A stretch of DNA of 64,000 bases from Planctomycetota bacterium. GTDB taxonomy: Bacteria > Planctomycetota > UBA1135 > UBA2386. Below, one piece after another: positions 18,401-26,367 of this stretch. The stretch's first letter is position 1. Each line of letters starts with the position of its first letter. The translations under genes were made by a program, and so were the position numbers. The notes under the pieces are model-generated. The model did no database searches, was not told where the DNA came from, and saw nothing but the letters and a program-made list of their open reading frames with translations. The stretch is taken from positions 6,240,001 to 6,304,000 of the forward strand of contig OZ245838.1 in assembly GCA_965228735.1 (NCBI GenBank), given 5' to 3'.

Positions 18401-18637
18401 CCGCACGCCGGAGACCCCGGCGACCGCGGCCTCGAGCGGGAACGTGACGTTCTGCTCGACCTCGTCCGCGGCGAGACCCGGGGCCTCGGTGAGGATCACG
18501 ACCGTCGGCGCGTTGAGCTCCGGGAACACGTCGACGGGCATGACGTTCATCTCCCGGATCGCGGCGGCGACCAACAGGGCGGCGAGCGCGAGCACGAGGC
18601 CCGGACGCTGCAGGGAGAACGCGATGAGGTGGCGCAT
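15491..18637 (-). CDS. Heavy-metal efflux RND permease (CzcA/CusA family)
   Basis: 1048 aa; PVDVFPEL, TLGGLAVAIGELVDDAIIDVEN, EGRFFRPL, GRAERDEH, RLVPILMT. Confidence 0.95.
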   Translation of the reverse strand: MRHLIAFSLQRPGLVLALAALLVAAAIREMNVMPVDVFPELNAPTVVILTEAPGLAADEVEQNVTFPLEAAVAGVSGVRRVRSASSIGLSLLWVEFEWGQDIYRARTLVGERLNVVREVLPPDAHAEITPVTSITGEIMLFSLSSPDGSRSPMELRSHAEFELRNELLAVPGVAQVVAIGGELPEYQVLVRPHDLLPFDLTISDIAAAARTAHSAAGAGYLPDVDGVELPIRQTSRVRSVADIERTVVRIHEGAPVTIGQVADVVLGPTPRRGAGADAGRPAVVLSVQKSPGTNTLALTAAIDRRLDEIEPTLPSGMAVNRHVMRQADFISLSVNNVLSVLIDAAIIVALVLVLFLLDLRTTVITLLAIPLSLATAILTLSLLGQSINVMTLGGLAVAIGELVDDAIIDVENVLRRLRENATLPANERLGVGKVVLAASNEIRSPMVFATVIIAMVFVPLLFLAGLEGRFFRPLGIAYIVSTMASLIVALTVTPVLCRLLLRRVRPGRHGDGFLVRHIDRAYTPTLRWSLQNPRKLLIASAGALLLCLGLLRTFGTSFLPEFNEGTFTVFLMAPPGTSLAASNRLAAGIEVRLTQIDGVRSVVRRTGRAERDEHAEPVSSSEVEVVLEPGAKKSAVRAAIDAVLEDVPGVTTQVGQPIEHRLSHVLSGTPAAVAIDIRGNDLGVLRQLAQEVATIARSVPGTRDVNAQREVVITSLPVRYDHARLAAAGLTPRSAAEQVEAALRGITVADINDGPRRIALTVRLHPDERQRFEQVADLVLTGSTGTRVRLRDVAAVELERSSNLITRENTRRKAVVSCNIADGFNLGSVVDELRARVTPAVVEEGYAVDFGGQFEAQRSASRTIFWMGGAVVLVMLVLLTQALGSVKAALLVMVNLPLALIGGITAIYLAGSESVFGNTLALFGLGGGRYQEPVVSIASMVGFVTLFGIAARNGILLVRHYLDLLAQGVPFDETIVRGARERLVPILMTALTAALGLLPLALAAGQPGSEILAPLSIVVLGGLVTSTLLNLIVVPAGFALLFRSNQPS

Positions 18638-20040
18638 CAGTGGTCCGCGTGCCAGGTCCCGTCGGCGTGGAAGTGGCCGCCCTTCGTGCTCGTCGCCGAG
18701 CTCTCCAGCATGAGCTCGTATGCGCCGGCGACGACGATCTCGTCACCGTCCGTGAGGTCCGTCTTGACGACGATCCATTCGCCGTCGCTGATGCCGAACT
18801 CGGGCTCGACGCGGATCACCTCGTCGGGCTTCTTGCCGTCGCGGCGGAACAGCACCCGGGTCAGCCCGTCGCGTTGCACGGCGCTGCGCGGCACGGCGAT
18901 CTCGGCGCTCGCCGTCTCGTCGGTCACGACCTCGATCACGCCTGCGAGGCCGGCGCGGGCCCAGGCGGGCGCGGGGCTGGCCGGGAGGAAGAGCTCGACC
19001 ATGCGCGTGCGCTCGTCGACCGTGGTCCCGAGCTCGAGCTTGCCCGTGACCGGGTCGCCGTCCATGCCGGCAGCCGGCGCGACCCTGGCCGCGTGGCCGG
19101 CGCTCAGTCGCTTCAGATCGCTCTGCGGCGTGTGGGCGCGGAAGCGCAGCCGGGTTGGATCGGTGACGACGAGCAGCAGGTCGCCCGGTTCGACGAAGCG
19201 GCCGTCCACGGCAGCGATGCGTTCGACGATACCGGCCGTGCGGGCACGGATCTCGATCCGCGGTGCTTCGTACCAGGCGTGCGTGAGCTCGTCCGGAGCC
19301 AACCCGAGCAGGGTCGCCGCAGCTGCCAGCGCGTACTCGTAGCGCGTCGTGTAGCTGCGATGCGCGGCCTCGAGCTCGATGATCCGGGTCCTCGTAGCGA
19401 CGTGCTGTTCGGTGACTTCAGCGGCCTTGGCTTCGAGTTGCGAGAGCATCACCTTCGCGGTCGCGAGCGCCGCGGCCTGGCCGCCGACCTCGCGACGCGT
19501 CGCCTCGAGCTCGGCGATCCGCTCGCGTTGCACGTCGATCGCCGCCATGACGCTGCGTTCGTGCTTCTCGTGGGCGGCGATCAACGGATTCAGGGCCTCA
19601 CGGCGGGCGGTCGCGAGGTCGACCTCGTTCATGAGATCGAAGATCTCGCGCTGCCGCGTGCGCCACTCGGGGGCGTCGAGCGTCGCCAGCAGATCGCCGG
19701 GTTCGACCTTCTGCAGCAGCTCGACCCGGACCTCGACGAGCCCGGCGAGCATCGCGCGATGCTCGCGGACGGCCGCCGGCAGCAGTTCGAACGCGCCGGG
19801 TGCGCGCAGCGTTGCAGCCACCTTCCGGCGCTCGACCGTGCCGAAGCGGATGTCGAGGTTGTCCCGGACCTCGCGCGGCACGGCGATACGGTTACTCGGC
19901 GGCGGCGCCGTGGTCGGCGCATCGCCGCCCTGGTCCTGCGTGTCGTCGCCGCATGCCGCGAGCGCGATCATGAGACCCAATGCCGGAGCGAGCAGTGCCG
20001 GTGCGAGTCGGGAACGGGAGTCAGGGGGCCGCGCGATCAT
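18637..20040 (-). CDS. RND periplasmic adaptor (CzcB/CusB-like) lipoprotein
   Basis: Start MIARPP at 20040 (ATGA overlap with the OM factor gene), lipobox LAA-C, coiled coil, lipoyl halves, His tail GGHFHADGTWHADH. Confidence 0.9.
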   Translation of the reverse strand: MIARPPDSRSRLAPALLAPALGLMIALAACGDDTQDQGGDAPTTAPPPSNRIAVPREVRDNLDIRFGTVERRKVAATLRAPGAFELLPAAVREHRAMLAGLVEVRVELLQKVEPGDLLATLDAPEWRTRQREIFDLMNEVDLATARREALNPLIAAHEKHERSVMAAIDVQRERIAELEATRREVGGQAAALATAKVMLSQLEAKAAEVTEQHVATRTRIIELEAAHRSYTTRYEYALAAAATLLGLAPDELTHAWYEAPRIEIRARTAGIVERIAAVDGRFVEPGDLLLVVTDPTRLRFRAHTPQSDLKRLSAGHAARVAPAAGMDGDPVTGKLELGTTVDERTRMVELFLPASPAPAWARAGLAGVIEVVTDETASAEIAVPRSAVQRDGLTRVLFRRDGKKPDEVIRVEPEFGISDGEWIVVKTDLTDGDEIVVAGAYELMLESSATSTKGGHFHADGTWHADH

Positions 20041-21392
20041 CGTTCCATCTCCTCGGTGCTCCTGGCCGGCTGGACGTTCGGCAACTCGATCCAGAACAGC
20101 TGCTGGATCGCGAGCGCGGTGCGGCACTCGGCGACCGTGGCGTCGATCCACCCGAGCCGGGCGGTGAGCACGCGGCGCAGCGAGTCGAGCAGCAGCAGCG
20201 GGTCGAGCTGGTCGTTCTCCGCGAGCGTGCGGCTGTCCTGCAGCTGCCGTTCGGCGAGCGGCGTCAGCTGTTCGGTGAGCAGCGCGCGGCGCGAGGTGGC
20301 CAGCCGGTGCGCGACCTCGCCTTGCGCGAGCTCGTGCGATGCTCGTTCGAGGGCGATGCGCAGTTCTTCGGCGCGCAGCTCGCGGCGCGCGTGCGCCGTC
20401 GCGATGGCCTGCGCGTTGCCGTTCCAGAGCGGCAGCGGCAGCGTGAAGCCGAACGCGACCCGCGGCTCCGCGTCCTCCTCGGCCCAGCCGGCGCCGAAGT
20501 TGAGGTCCGGCCACTGCTTCTCGATCTCGAGCTCGAGAGCGCGTTCGCTGGCGTCGTGGCGACGTTGGGCGAGCGCGATGCGCGGCCCGGACGCGAGCGC
20601 CGTTCGACGCTCGGGCGCCGGCAACATCGTCGGTGCGGCGAGGCTCGGGACGAGCTCGACGGCGGCCGTCGGCGGCAATCCCATGCGCGCGAGCAGCGTG
20701 AGGCGGGCCGTCTCCTCGGCGGCGCCGACCGTCAGCAACGAATCGGCCAGCCGGAGCCGCTCGAGTTCGAAGACGCGCGCGGCGGTGGCGTCGATCTGGT
20801 CGGTCGCGCGCAGCCGTTCGGCGATCGTCGCGAGGGCGTCGATCTGGTCCGCGAGCTCCGCCGTCGCGATCTGGCGCAGGCGGGCGGCGCTCCACTCGAA
20901 CCAGGCGAGGTCGAGTGCGAGCACCGCCCGTTGTTCCACGAGTCCGGCCTCGAGCGCCGTTGCCCCGTGCTGCGAATCCGCGAGCGCACGGGCGGCCGCG
21001 AGTCGACCGGACAATGGAATCGTCACGGCGAGCCCGGTGGCGGTCAGCCACCGATGCGGCAAGGTGTCGAGGATGCGCTGGAAGTCGCCCGTCAGCCGCG
21101 GGTCGACCCACCGGCCGGCCTCGTCGCGCCGGGCCAGCGCGACGCCGGCGCGGCGGCGTGCGAGCCGGCAGTCGGGGTGGAACAGCACCGCGACCGGGCG
21201 CGCCTCGCTGCGCGTGATGCCGTCGGTCGCATCGAACGGCGCGTCGGGCGCGGCCTCCGCCATCGTCCTTGCCACGATCGCGAGGCGGTCCGCGAAGAGC
21301 CGCGCATGGGCCGCGAGATCGACGGGCGCCGGGGTGTACGAGTGGCATGCCGCGATTGCGGTGAACGCCACGAGGAACGGAGAGCGGGACAT
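20037..21392 (-). CDS. TolC/CzcC-family outer-membrane efflux protein
   Basis: Lipobox IAA-C; two repeats ending in IPLSG and LPLPLWNGN; operon context. Confidence 0.88.
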   Translation of the reverse strand: MSRSPFLVAFTAIAACHSYTPAPVDLAAHARLFADRLAIVARTMAEAAPDAPFDATDGITRSEARPVAVLFHPDCRLARRRAGVALARRDEAGRWVDPRLTGDFQRILDTLPHRWLTATGLAVTIPLSGRLAAARALADSQHGATALEAGLVEQRAVLALDLAWFEWSAARLRQIATAELADQIDALATIAERLRATDQIDATAARVFELERLRLADSLLTVGAAEETARLTLLARMGLPPTAAVELVPSLAAPTMLPAPERRTALASGPRIALAQRRHDASERALELEIEKQWPDLNFGAGWAEEDAEPRVAFGFTLPLPLWNGNAQAIATAHARRELRAEELRIALERASHELAQGEVAHRLATSRRALLTEQLTPLAERQLQDSRTLAENDQLDPLLLLDSLRRVLTARLGWIDATVAECRTALAIQQLFWIELPNVQPARSTEEMER

Positions 21393-21486
21393 GAGAACTG
21401 CGTCAGCGAAACCAACAACGAACGACGTCGTCGCCCGCTCGCGCCGTTGCAGTCACGGCTCGATCCGGACGACCTGTCGTCGGTCG

Positions 21487-21942
21487 CTATTCGCGCAGTT
21501 CGATCACGCGCTGGTCGTGCAGCGCTCGCCGGTCGCCCGGTGGTCCGGTCTGCCAGTAGTCCCCCGGCGCGTGGCGCGATGGCGCCGCGCCGAGGTCGGG
21601 CATCGTGACCGCGTCGATGGCTGCCGGTGTTACCTGGAGCATCGGCGCCGACTTGCTCGCGGGCGCGAGCTCGAAGCTCAGCGCCGCGTGCCGGCAACCC
21701 GGTGGCGTGAGACGGTCCGGTGTCGGGGCCTCGGCCTCACCGTCGACGCGCGGTTTGCCGAGCGTCGCCGCGGCGCCGCCGTGATCGTGATCGCCGCACT
21801 CGTCGCCGCACGCGAACTCGACGTGCGCCGGCCCGTCGTCCGGCGTGCAGACGATCAGCTGCCGCTGCAGCCCGGCCGCCAGCGCCAGCAGAACGAGTGC
21901 GGCACCCACGCGGGCGATCGTTGATACGAGGACGGGACTCAC
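21487..21942 (-). CDS. Small Cys/His-rich membrane-anchored protein (CzcI-like position)
   Basis: C-terminal part of ORF 21487..23664: hydrophobic helix, then VCTPDDGPAHVEFACGDECGDHDH and GCRH; sits just upstream of the czcCBA-like genes. Start uncertain. Confidence 0.55.
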   Translation of the reverse strand: MSPVLVSTIARVGAALVLLALAAGLQRQLIVCTPDDGPAHVEFACGDECGDHDHGGAAATLGKPRVDGEAEAPTPDRLTPPGCRHAALSFELAPASKSAPMLQVTPAAIDAVTMPDLGAAPSRHAPGDYWQTGPPGDRRALHDQRVIELRE

Positions 21943-22020
21943 CGGGTTTCTCCCCGGCACGATGCGCCGGCACAATGGGTCCGTCAAGCCGCTGTGCAGT
22001 TCTTCCCCAGGTCTCGCCCC

Positions 22021-23646
22021 ATGCCAACGATCGTTTCCCGTCGCTCTTGCACCCCGTCGTCGTCCGTCGCCGCGGTGGCGCTGCTGCTGGCAAGCCACCT
22101 GCCGGCGCAGTCTCCGGTCGAACCGGTCGACGACAAGGCCGTCGAGTTCTTCCTCGCAGAAGGGCTCGAGCGGTCCCAGGTCATGGATCACCTGAGCTGG
22201 ATGTGCGACGTCCACGGCCCCAGGCTCACGAACTCGCCCGGCATCCGGCGGGCCCAGAAGTGGGCCGTCGGCCGCTTCGAGGGGTTCGGCTACGAGGCCG
22301 GCACCGAACGGTGGGGGCCGTTCGGTCGGGGCTGGCGTTGCGATCACGTGCACGTCGCCGCGGTGAACATGGCGACCGGTGAGTCGTGGCCCGTGCTCGC
22401 GCACCCCAAGGCGTGGTCGCCCGGGTTCGAAGGTCGCGTGCAGGCCGAGGTCGTGCACGTCGCCGCGATGACGCAGGAGGAGCTCGAAGCCGCCGACCTG
22501 CGCGGCAAGATCGTCCTGCTCGAGTCGCCGCGCGAGGTGCGCGAGAACTTCGACGGGGTGAGCAAGCGCTTCACGCCCGAGGACCTGCTCGCGATGGCCG
22601 ACCAGCAGCGCGAACGCGCCCGGTCGTCGAGCACGCGCGCGGCCGCCGCACGGCGCACCAACTTCCGCCAGGGCTTCCGCCGCCGCGGCCAGATGCTCGC
22701 GATCGTGCAGCGGAAGGCGCCGCTCGCGATCATCGATCGCGGTTACAAGGGCGAGTACGGCTCGCTGTTCGTGTCGCGCGCGAGCGCCCTGCCGGGCCCC
22801 GACGGCGAGCGCGTTCGCGCCCAGGATCCGAAGGCCGTCGTGTTGCCGCAGCTCGTCTTCGCGGTCGAGCACTACAACCGCCTCTGCCGCATGCTCGAGA
22901 AGGGCGTCGACGTGCAGCTCGCGCTCGAACTGCGCACGACCTACTTCGACGACGACCTGCACGGCCGCAACGTCATCGCGAGCATGGCGGGCAGCGATCC
23001 GGACATCGGCAGCCAGTTCGCGATGCTCGGGGCCCACTTCGACAGCTGGCACACCGGCACGGGGGCGACCGACAACGGCTGCGGCAGCGCGGTCGTCATG
23101 GAGGCGGCCCGGTTGATCGCCGCATACTGCAAGGCGAGCGGCGTGCGTCCACGTCGCGGCATCATGGCATGCCTGTGGAGCGGCGAGGAGCAGGGACTGC
23201 TCGGTTCGCGCGCCTGGGTGCGGGAGCATCTCGGGACCAAGGAGGCGCCGAAGGAGCTGCACGACAAGGTGTCGGGCTACTTCAACCTCGACAACGGCAC
23301 GGGTCGCATCCGCGGCGTCTACCTGCAGGGGAACGAGGACATCGCGCGCGTGTTCCGGCCGTGGCTCGTACCGTTCCATGAGCACGGCAGCTCGACGCTG
23401 ACGCTCAACAACACGGGCGGCACGGATCACCTCGCGTTCCACGGCGTGGGGGTGCCCGGCTTCCAGTTCATCCAGGACCCGGTGAGCTACAGCACGCGCA
23501 CGCACCACTCCAACATGGACGTCTGGGATCACGCGGTCGCCGAGGACCTGCAGCAGGCGTCGGTCATCATGGCGACCTTCGTGTGGCACACGGCGCAGCG
23601 TGATGCGATGTTGCCGCGGTTGGTGGCGAGCGACTCGGCGCGCTGA
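22021..23646 (+). CDS. M28-family metallopeptidase (carboxypeptidase Q-like), secreted
   Basis: GPRLTNSPG, LGAHFDSW, GATDNGCG, WSGEEQGLLGS, NLDNG, GGTDH, HHSNMD. Confidence 0.92.
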   Translation: MPTIVSRRSCTPSSSVAAVALLLASHLPAQSPVEPVDDKAVEFFLAEGLERSQVMDHLSWMCDVHGPRLTNSPGIRRAQKWAVGRFEGFGYEAGTERWGPFGRGWRCDHVHVAAVNMATGESWPVLAHPKAWSPGFEGRVQAEVVHVAAMTQEELEAADLRGKIVLLESPREVRENFDGVSKRFTPEDLLAMADQQRERARSSSTRAAAARRTNFRQGFRRRGQMLAIVQRKAPLAIIDRGYKGEYGSLFVSRASALPGPDGERVRAQDPKAVVLPQLVFAVEHYNRLCRMLEKGVDVQLALELRTTYFDDDLHGRNVIASMAGSDPDIGSQFAMLGAHFDSWHTGTGATDNGCGSAVVMEAARLIAAYCKASGVRPRRGIMACLWSGEEQGLLGSRAWVREHLGTKEAPKELHDKVSGYFNLDNGTGRIRGVYLQGNEDIARVFRPWLVPFHEHGSSTLTLNNTGGTDHLAFHGVGVPGFQFIQDPVSYSTRTHHSNMDVWDHAVAEDLQQASVIMATFVWHTAQRDAMLPRLVASDSAR

Positions 23647-24311
23647 TGGTGCGATCAGGATCATTCGGCGCGGCCGCGCTGGCTGCCCTGCTGGCTTCCG
23701 TGCTCGCGGGCTTGCTCGCGTCGTGCTCGTTCTCGAGCGTGGACCTGGTCCCGCTCGCGGGTCCGGCGCCGCAGAGGGTTACGGTCTGGCCGGGCGTCGG
23801 CGGTGACCTCGGTCCCGTGTCCGGGACCCTGCTCTACGGTCTCGACGAGGCGCTGCGGCGCCGCGGCTATCGCGTCGTCGCGCAGCGAGTCGCGCGCCAG
23901 ATGCTCGTCGACGCCGGGGTGCCGTCGCCGGAGAGCGTGCTGCCGGAGCGCACGGACCTCGGCGCGATCGGGCGGGAGCTCGCGGTGGACGCCGTGGTTC
24001 TCGTCGACGTTCGTGACTTCGAGGTCGAGCCGCGGAGCGGCGACCTGCGACACGCGCGCTGGGACCTCTCGTGGCGGATCCTGTCGACGCGCGATGGCGC
24101 GGAACTGTGGCGCTATCACCACGGCGGCGCGTGGAGTCGCAGCAGCGAGCAGCGCTTCGATTCGCTGGAACGGCCCGAGCCGATGCCGGGCGTCGTGCCG
24201 ATCGGCGGCGATGCCGGCTGGTCGTTCCGCGACGCGGCCGATCTCGCGGCCAACCTGCATCGGCTCGCGCTCGCGCACTTGCCCCCGTTGGATCGTAGCC
24301 GCCGACGTTGA
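23646..24311 (+). CDS. Lipoprotein, DUF799/TolB-N-like fold
   Basis: Lipobox LLAS-C; ALRRRGYRVV, LAVDAVV, GAELW pattern; TGATG overlap with the peptidase gene. Confidence 0.6.
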   Translation: MVRSGSFGAAALAALLASVLAGLLASCSFSSVDLVPLAGPAPQRVTVWPGVGGDLGPVSGTLLYGLDEALRRRGYRVVAQRVARQMLVDAGVPSPESVLPERTDLGAIGRELAVDAVVLVDVRDFEVEPRSGDLRHARWDLSWRILSTRDGAELWRYHHGGAWSRSSEQRFDSLERPEPMPGVVPIGGDAGWSFRDAADLAANLHRLALAHLPPLDRSRRR

Positions 24312-24934
24312 ACGTGACGGACCTCGACGTCGTCGATCATCCCGGCCTGCAGCTGCGCCACCGCACCGTCGCGCTGCCGCGACCGCTCGCGGACTTGCAG
24401 TCGCCTGGTTGGCTCGTCGACCTGCTGCGCGTGGACGCGAATGCCCCGGTCACGCCGCCGGCGGACATCAAGGCCGTCGTGCGTGATCTGCTGCGCGGGC
24501 ACGGCTATCGCCCGACCGGCCGCGGCAAACCCGCGTCCGAGTACGTCGCGGCCGCGGTGCCCGCCGGTCGCCTCGGTTCGATCAACGCGGTCGTCGACAT
24601 CGGCAACGTCGTGTCGTTGCACTCGGGACTGCCGGTCAGCGTGGTGGACGTCGACTGTCTCGCCGCGCCGCTCCGCGTCGCGATTCCACCAGCGGACACG
24701 CGCTACGTGTTCAACCGTGGCGGCCAAGAGATCGATGTCGGCGGCCTGCTGAGTCTGCACGACGCGAACGGTCCGTGCGCCAACGCGGTCAAGGACGCGC
24801 AGCGCAGCAAGACGAGCGCGGAGACGAAGCGAGTGCTCGCGATCGTGTGGGGGACGGAACGGCCGCCGGGTCACGCGGACGCGGCGTTCGCGTGGTTGAG
24901 CGAGTGCTTCGACCGGCTCGTCGGCGCGGACTGA
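24308..24934 (+). CDS. Stand-alone B3/4 domain protein (PheRS-beta editing-like)
   Basis: VRDLLRGHGYRPTGRGKPASEY, INAVVDIGNVVSLHSGLPVSVVD, VKDAQRSKT. Confidence 0.88.
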   Translation: MNVTDLDVVDHPGLQLRHRTVALPRPLADLQSPGWLVDLLRVDANAPVTPPADIKAVVRDLLRGHGYRPTGRGKPASEYVAAAVPAGRLGSINAVVDIGNVVSLHSGLPVSVVDVDCLAAPLRVAIPPADTRYVFNRGGQEIDVGGLLSLHDANGPCANAVKDAQRSKTSAETKRVLAIVWGTERPPGHADAAFAWLSECFDRLVGAD

Positions 24935-24949
24935 GCCGGATCGAGTCCG

Positions 24950-25471
24950 CTACCCGGCCATCCAGTTCGCCTGCTGCTCGCCGCTCTTCTGCAGGTAGTC
25001 GTCCTGCAGGCGCTCGCGCAGGAACTGGCCGTAGATCGCCATGACGATCTCGTAGATCGCGAGCCAGTTGGCGGCGCGGTCGGCCGTGCGGTCCTGCGCC
25101 GACTCGATGTCCTCGGCGTCCTCCGGCAGTCGAACGCCCGACAGCGTCATCGTCGAGGCGTCGAGCGTCGCGGCCCACTGCCGGTCGCCCTCGGCGATGA
25201 TGAGCTTGGCCTTCTTGAGGCGGCGGCCCTGGCGCAGCGCGCTGCGCGCTTCCGGCGTCCGCGTCGGCAGGCCGCGGCGCAGCGTCTGCTCCGTCTCGTC
25301 GTCGCTCGGCGCCGCGAACGCGAGGAAGTCGTCGAGCGCGATCCCGACGCGCCGGCCGGCCGACAGGTCGTACTCGCCGCCGTCGGTCTCCCAGCGGAAC
25401 CACAGCCAGGTCAGGAACTCCTCGCCGAGGAAGCCGTGCGTCGTGCCGGCTGCTGCATTCGTTTCGCTCAC
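24950..25471 (-). CDS. RdgC C-terminal-half protein
   Basis: FLGEEFLTWLWF...EARSALRQGRRLKKAKL...WAATLD resembles the second half of RdgC; GTGA overlap with the upstream gene. Confidence 0.7.
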   Translation of the reverse strand: MSETNAAAGTTHGFLGEEFLTWLWFRWETDGGEYDLSAGRRVGIALDDFLAFAAPSDDETEQTLRRGLPTRTPEARSALRQGRRLKKAKLIIAEGDRQWAATLDASTMTLSGVRLPEDAEDIESAQDRTADRAANWLAIYEIVMAIYGQFLRERLQDDYLQKSGEQQANWMAG

Positions 25472-26328
25472 TGGGCGTCCTCCTCGTCCCACGGCACGTC
25501 GTTGTCGCCGGTGGCCTCGCCGCCCGCCGCGGCTTCCGGCGCCGCGACGGCTTCGACCTCGGCGGCCGCCTCGGCGTCAGCATCGGACGCTTCGGGCACG
25601 GTGCCCTCTGCGGGATCGCCTGCTGCGGGATCATCTGCCGCGGGATCGTCCACTACGGGATCATCGGCCAAGGCGGCGATCGGCTTCGGCAGCGCGGGCG
25701 GCGCCGTCGGCACGTCGCCCGGGCGCGTCGCGTCCGGCCACCGCACCGGCGTCAGGCGATCGAAGTCCGCGAGCAGGTCGCGGTCGACGCCGACGCGCGT
25801 GCCGCACTGGTACGGGCTCGCGCGATCGAGCGGCAGCGCGAACGTTTCGAAGAACAGCTTGCCGAACGCCTCGACGACCGCGTTGCTCGTCGCGAAGAGC
25901 AGGATCGTCTTGCGATCGTGGAACATCAGCGCGTCGACGAGGTTGATCGTCGGCAGCACGCGCGGCAGCAGACGCTCGCCGATGTCCTCCTTGAGTTCAC
26001 GACGTTCGCGCGGCGGCAGCTTCTTGCCGCGCGCGCGCTCCTCCGACTCGAGGTGGATCTGCAGCCACTTCCGCGGCAGCGTCTTCTTGTCGATGCGCAT
26101 GCGCAGCCAGGTGGCCACGCCGCCGTCGATGTCCTCGGGCGTGAACTCGTCACCCGTCGGCAGGGCGGGTGTCACCCATCCCACCGACACTTCCTCGGAC
26201 GCCGCGTTCTCGATCGTCCGGAACCGCTGGTTGGCGAGGGTCTCGCAGAACTCTTCGTCCCGCGGGTCCGGCACCTTGCCCTGCCAGTACATCGCGACGA
26301 AGCCGCCGCTGCGCTTGAGTGTCGCCAT
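25468..26328 (-). CDS. rdgC: Recombination-associated protein RdgC, N-terminal half, with acidic tail
   Basis: SVGWVTP, RIDKKTLP, ERRELKEDIGERLLPRVLP match the RdgC N-terminal half. Confidence 0.78.
   Translation of the reverse strand: MATLKRSGGFVAMYWQGKVPDPRDEEFCETLANQRFRTIENAASEEVSVGWVTPALPTGDEFTPEDIDGGVATWLRMRIDKKTLPRKWLQIHLESEERARGKKLPPRERRELKEDIGERLLPRVLPTINLVDALMFHDRKTILLFATSNAVVEAFGKLFFETFALPLDRASPYQCGTRVGVDRDLLADFDRLTPVRWPDATRPGDVPTAPPALPKPIAALADDPVVDDPAADDPAAGDPAEGTVPEASDADAEAAAEVEAVAAPEAAAGGEATGDNDVPWDEEDAQ
25611..25670. repeat. 15-bp imperfect tandem repeat x4 (DDPVV/DDPAA/DDPAA/GDPAE) in the RdgC-N acidic tail
   Basis: CGGGATC recurs at 25611, 25626, 25641 and 25656. Confidence 0.8.
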
Positions 26329-26367
26329 ACCCTCCCTGCTGCGCGCGGCCGCAGCCGCGGTTGCTCG

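Noticed and set aside
18640..21924. Long antisense/alternate-frame ORFs (e.g. 18640..21924+, 30067..32415+, 54883..57603-, 58866..61772-)
   Set aside because: These are shadow ORFs expected in high-GC DNA: Arg/Ala/Gly-rich, without family motifs, and fully overlapping well-supported genes.
24950..26328. rdgC pseudogene caused by a frameshift
   Set aside because: A long acidic tail separates the halves, and the second ORF has its own coupled start (GTGA overlap).
789..26328. Functional clustering of priA with rdgC
   Set aside because: They interact genetically in E. coli, but here they are ~22 kb apart with unrelated genes between them.
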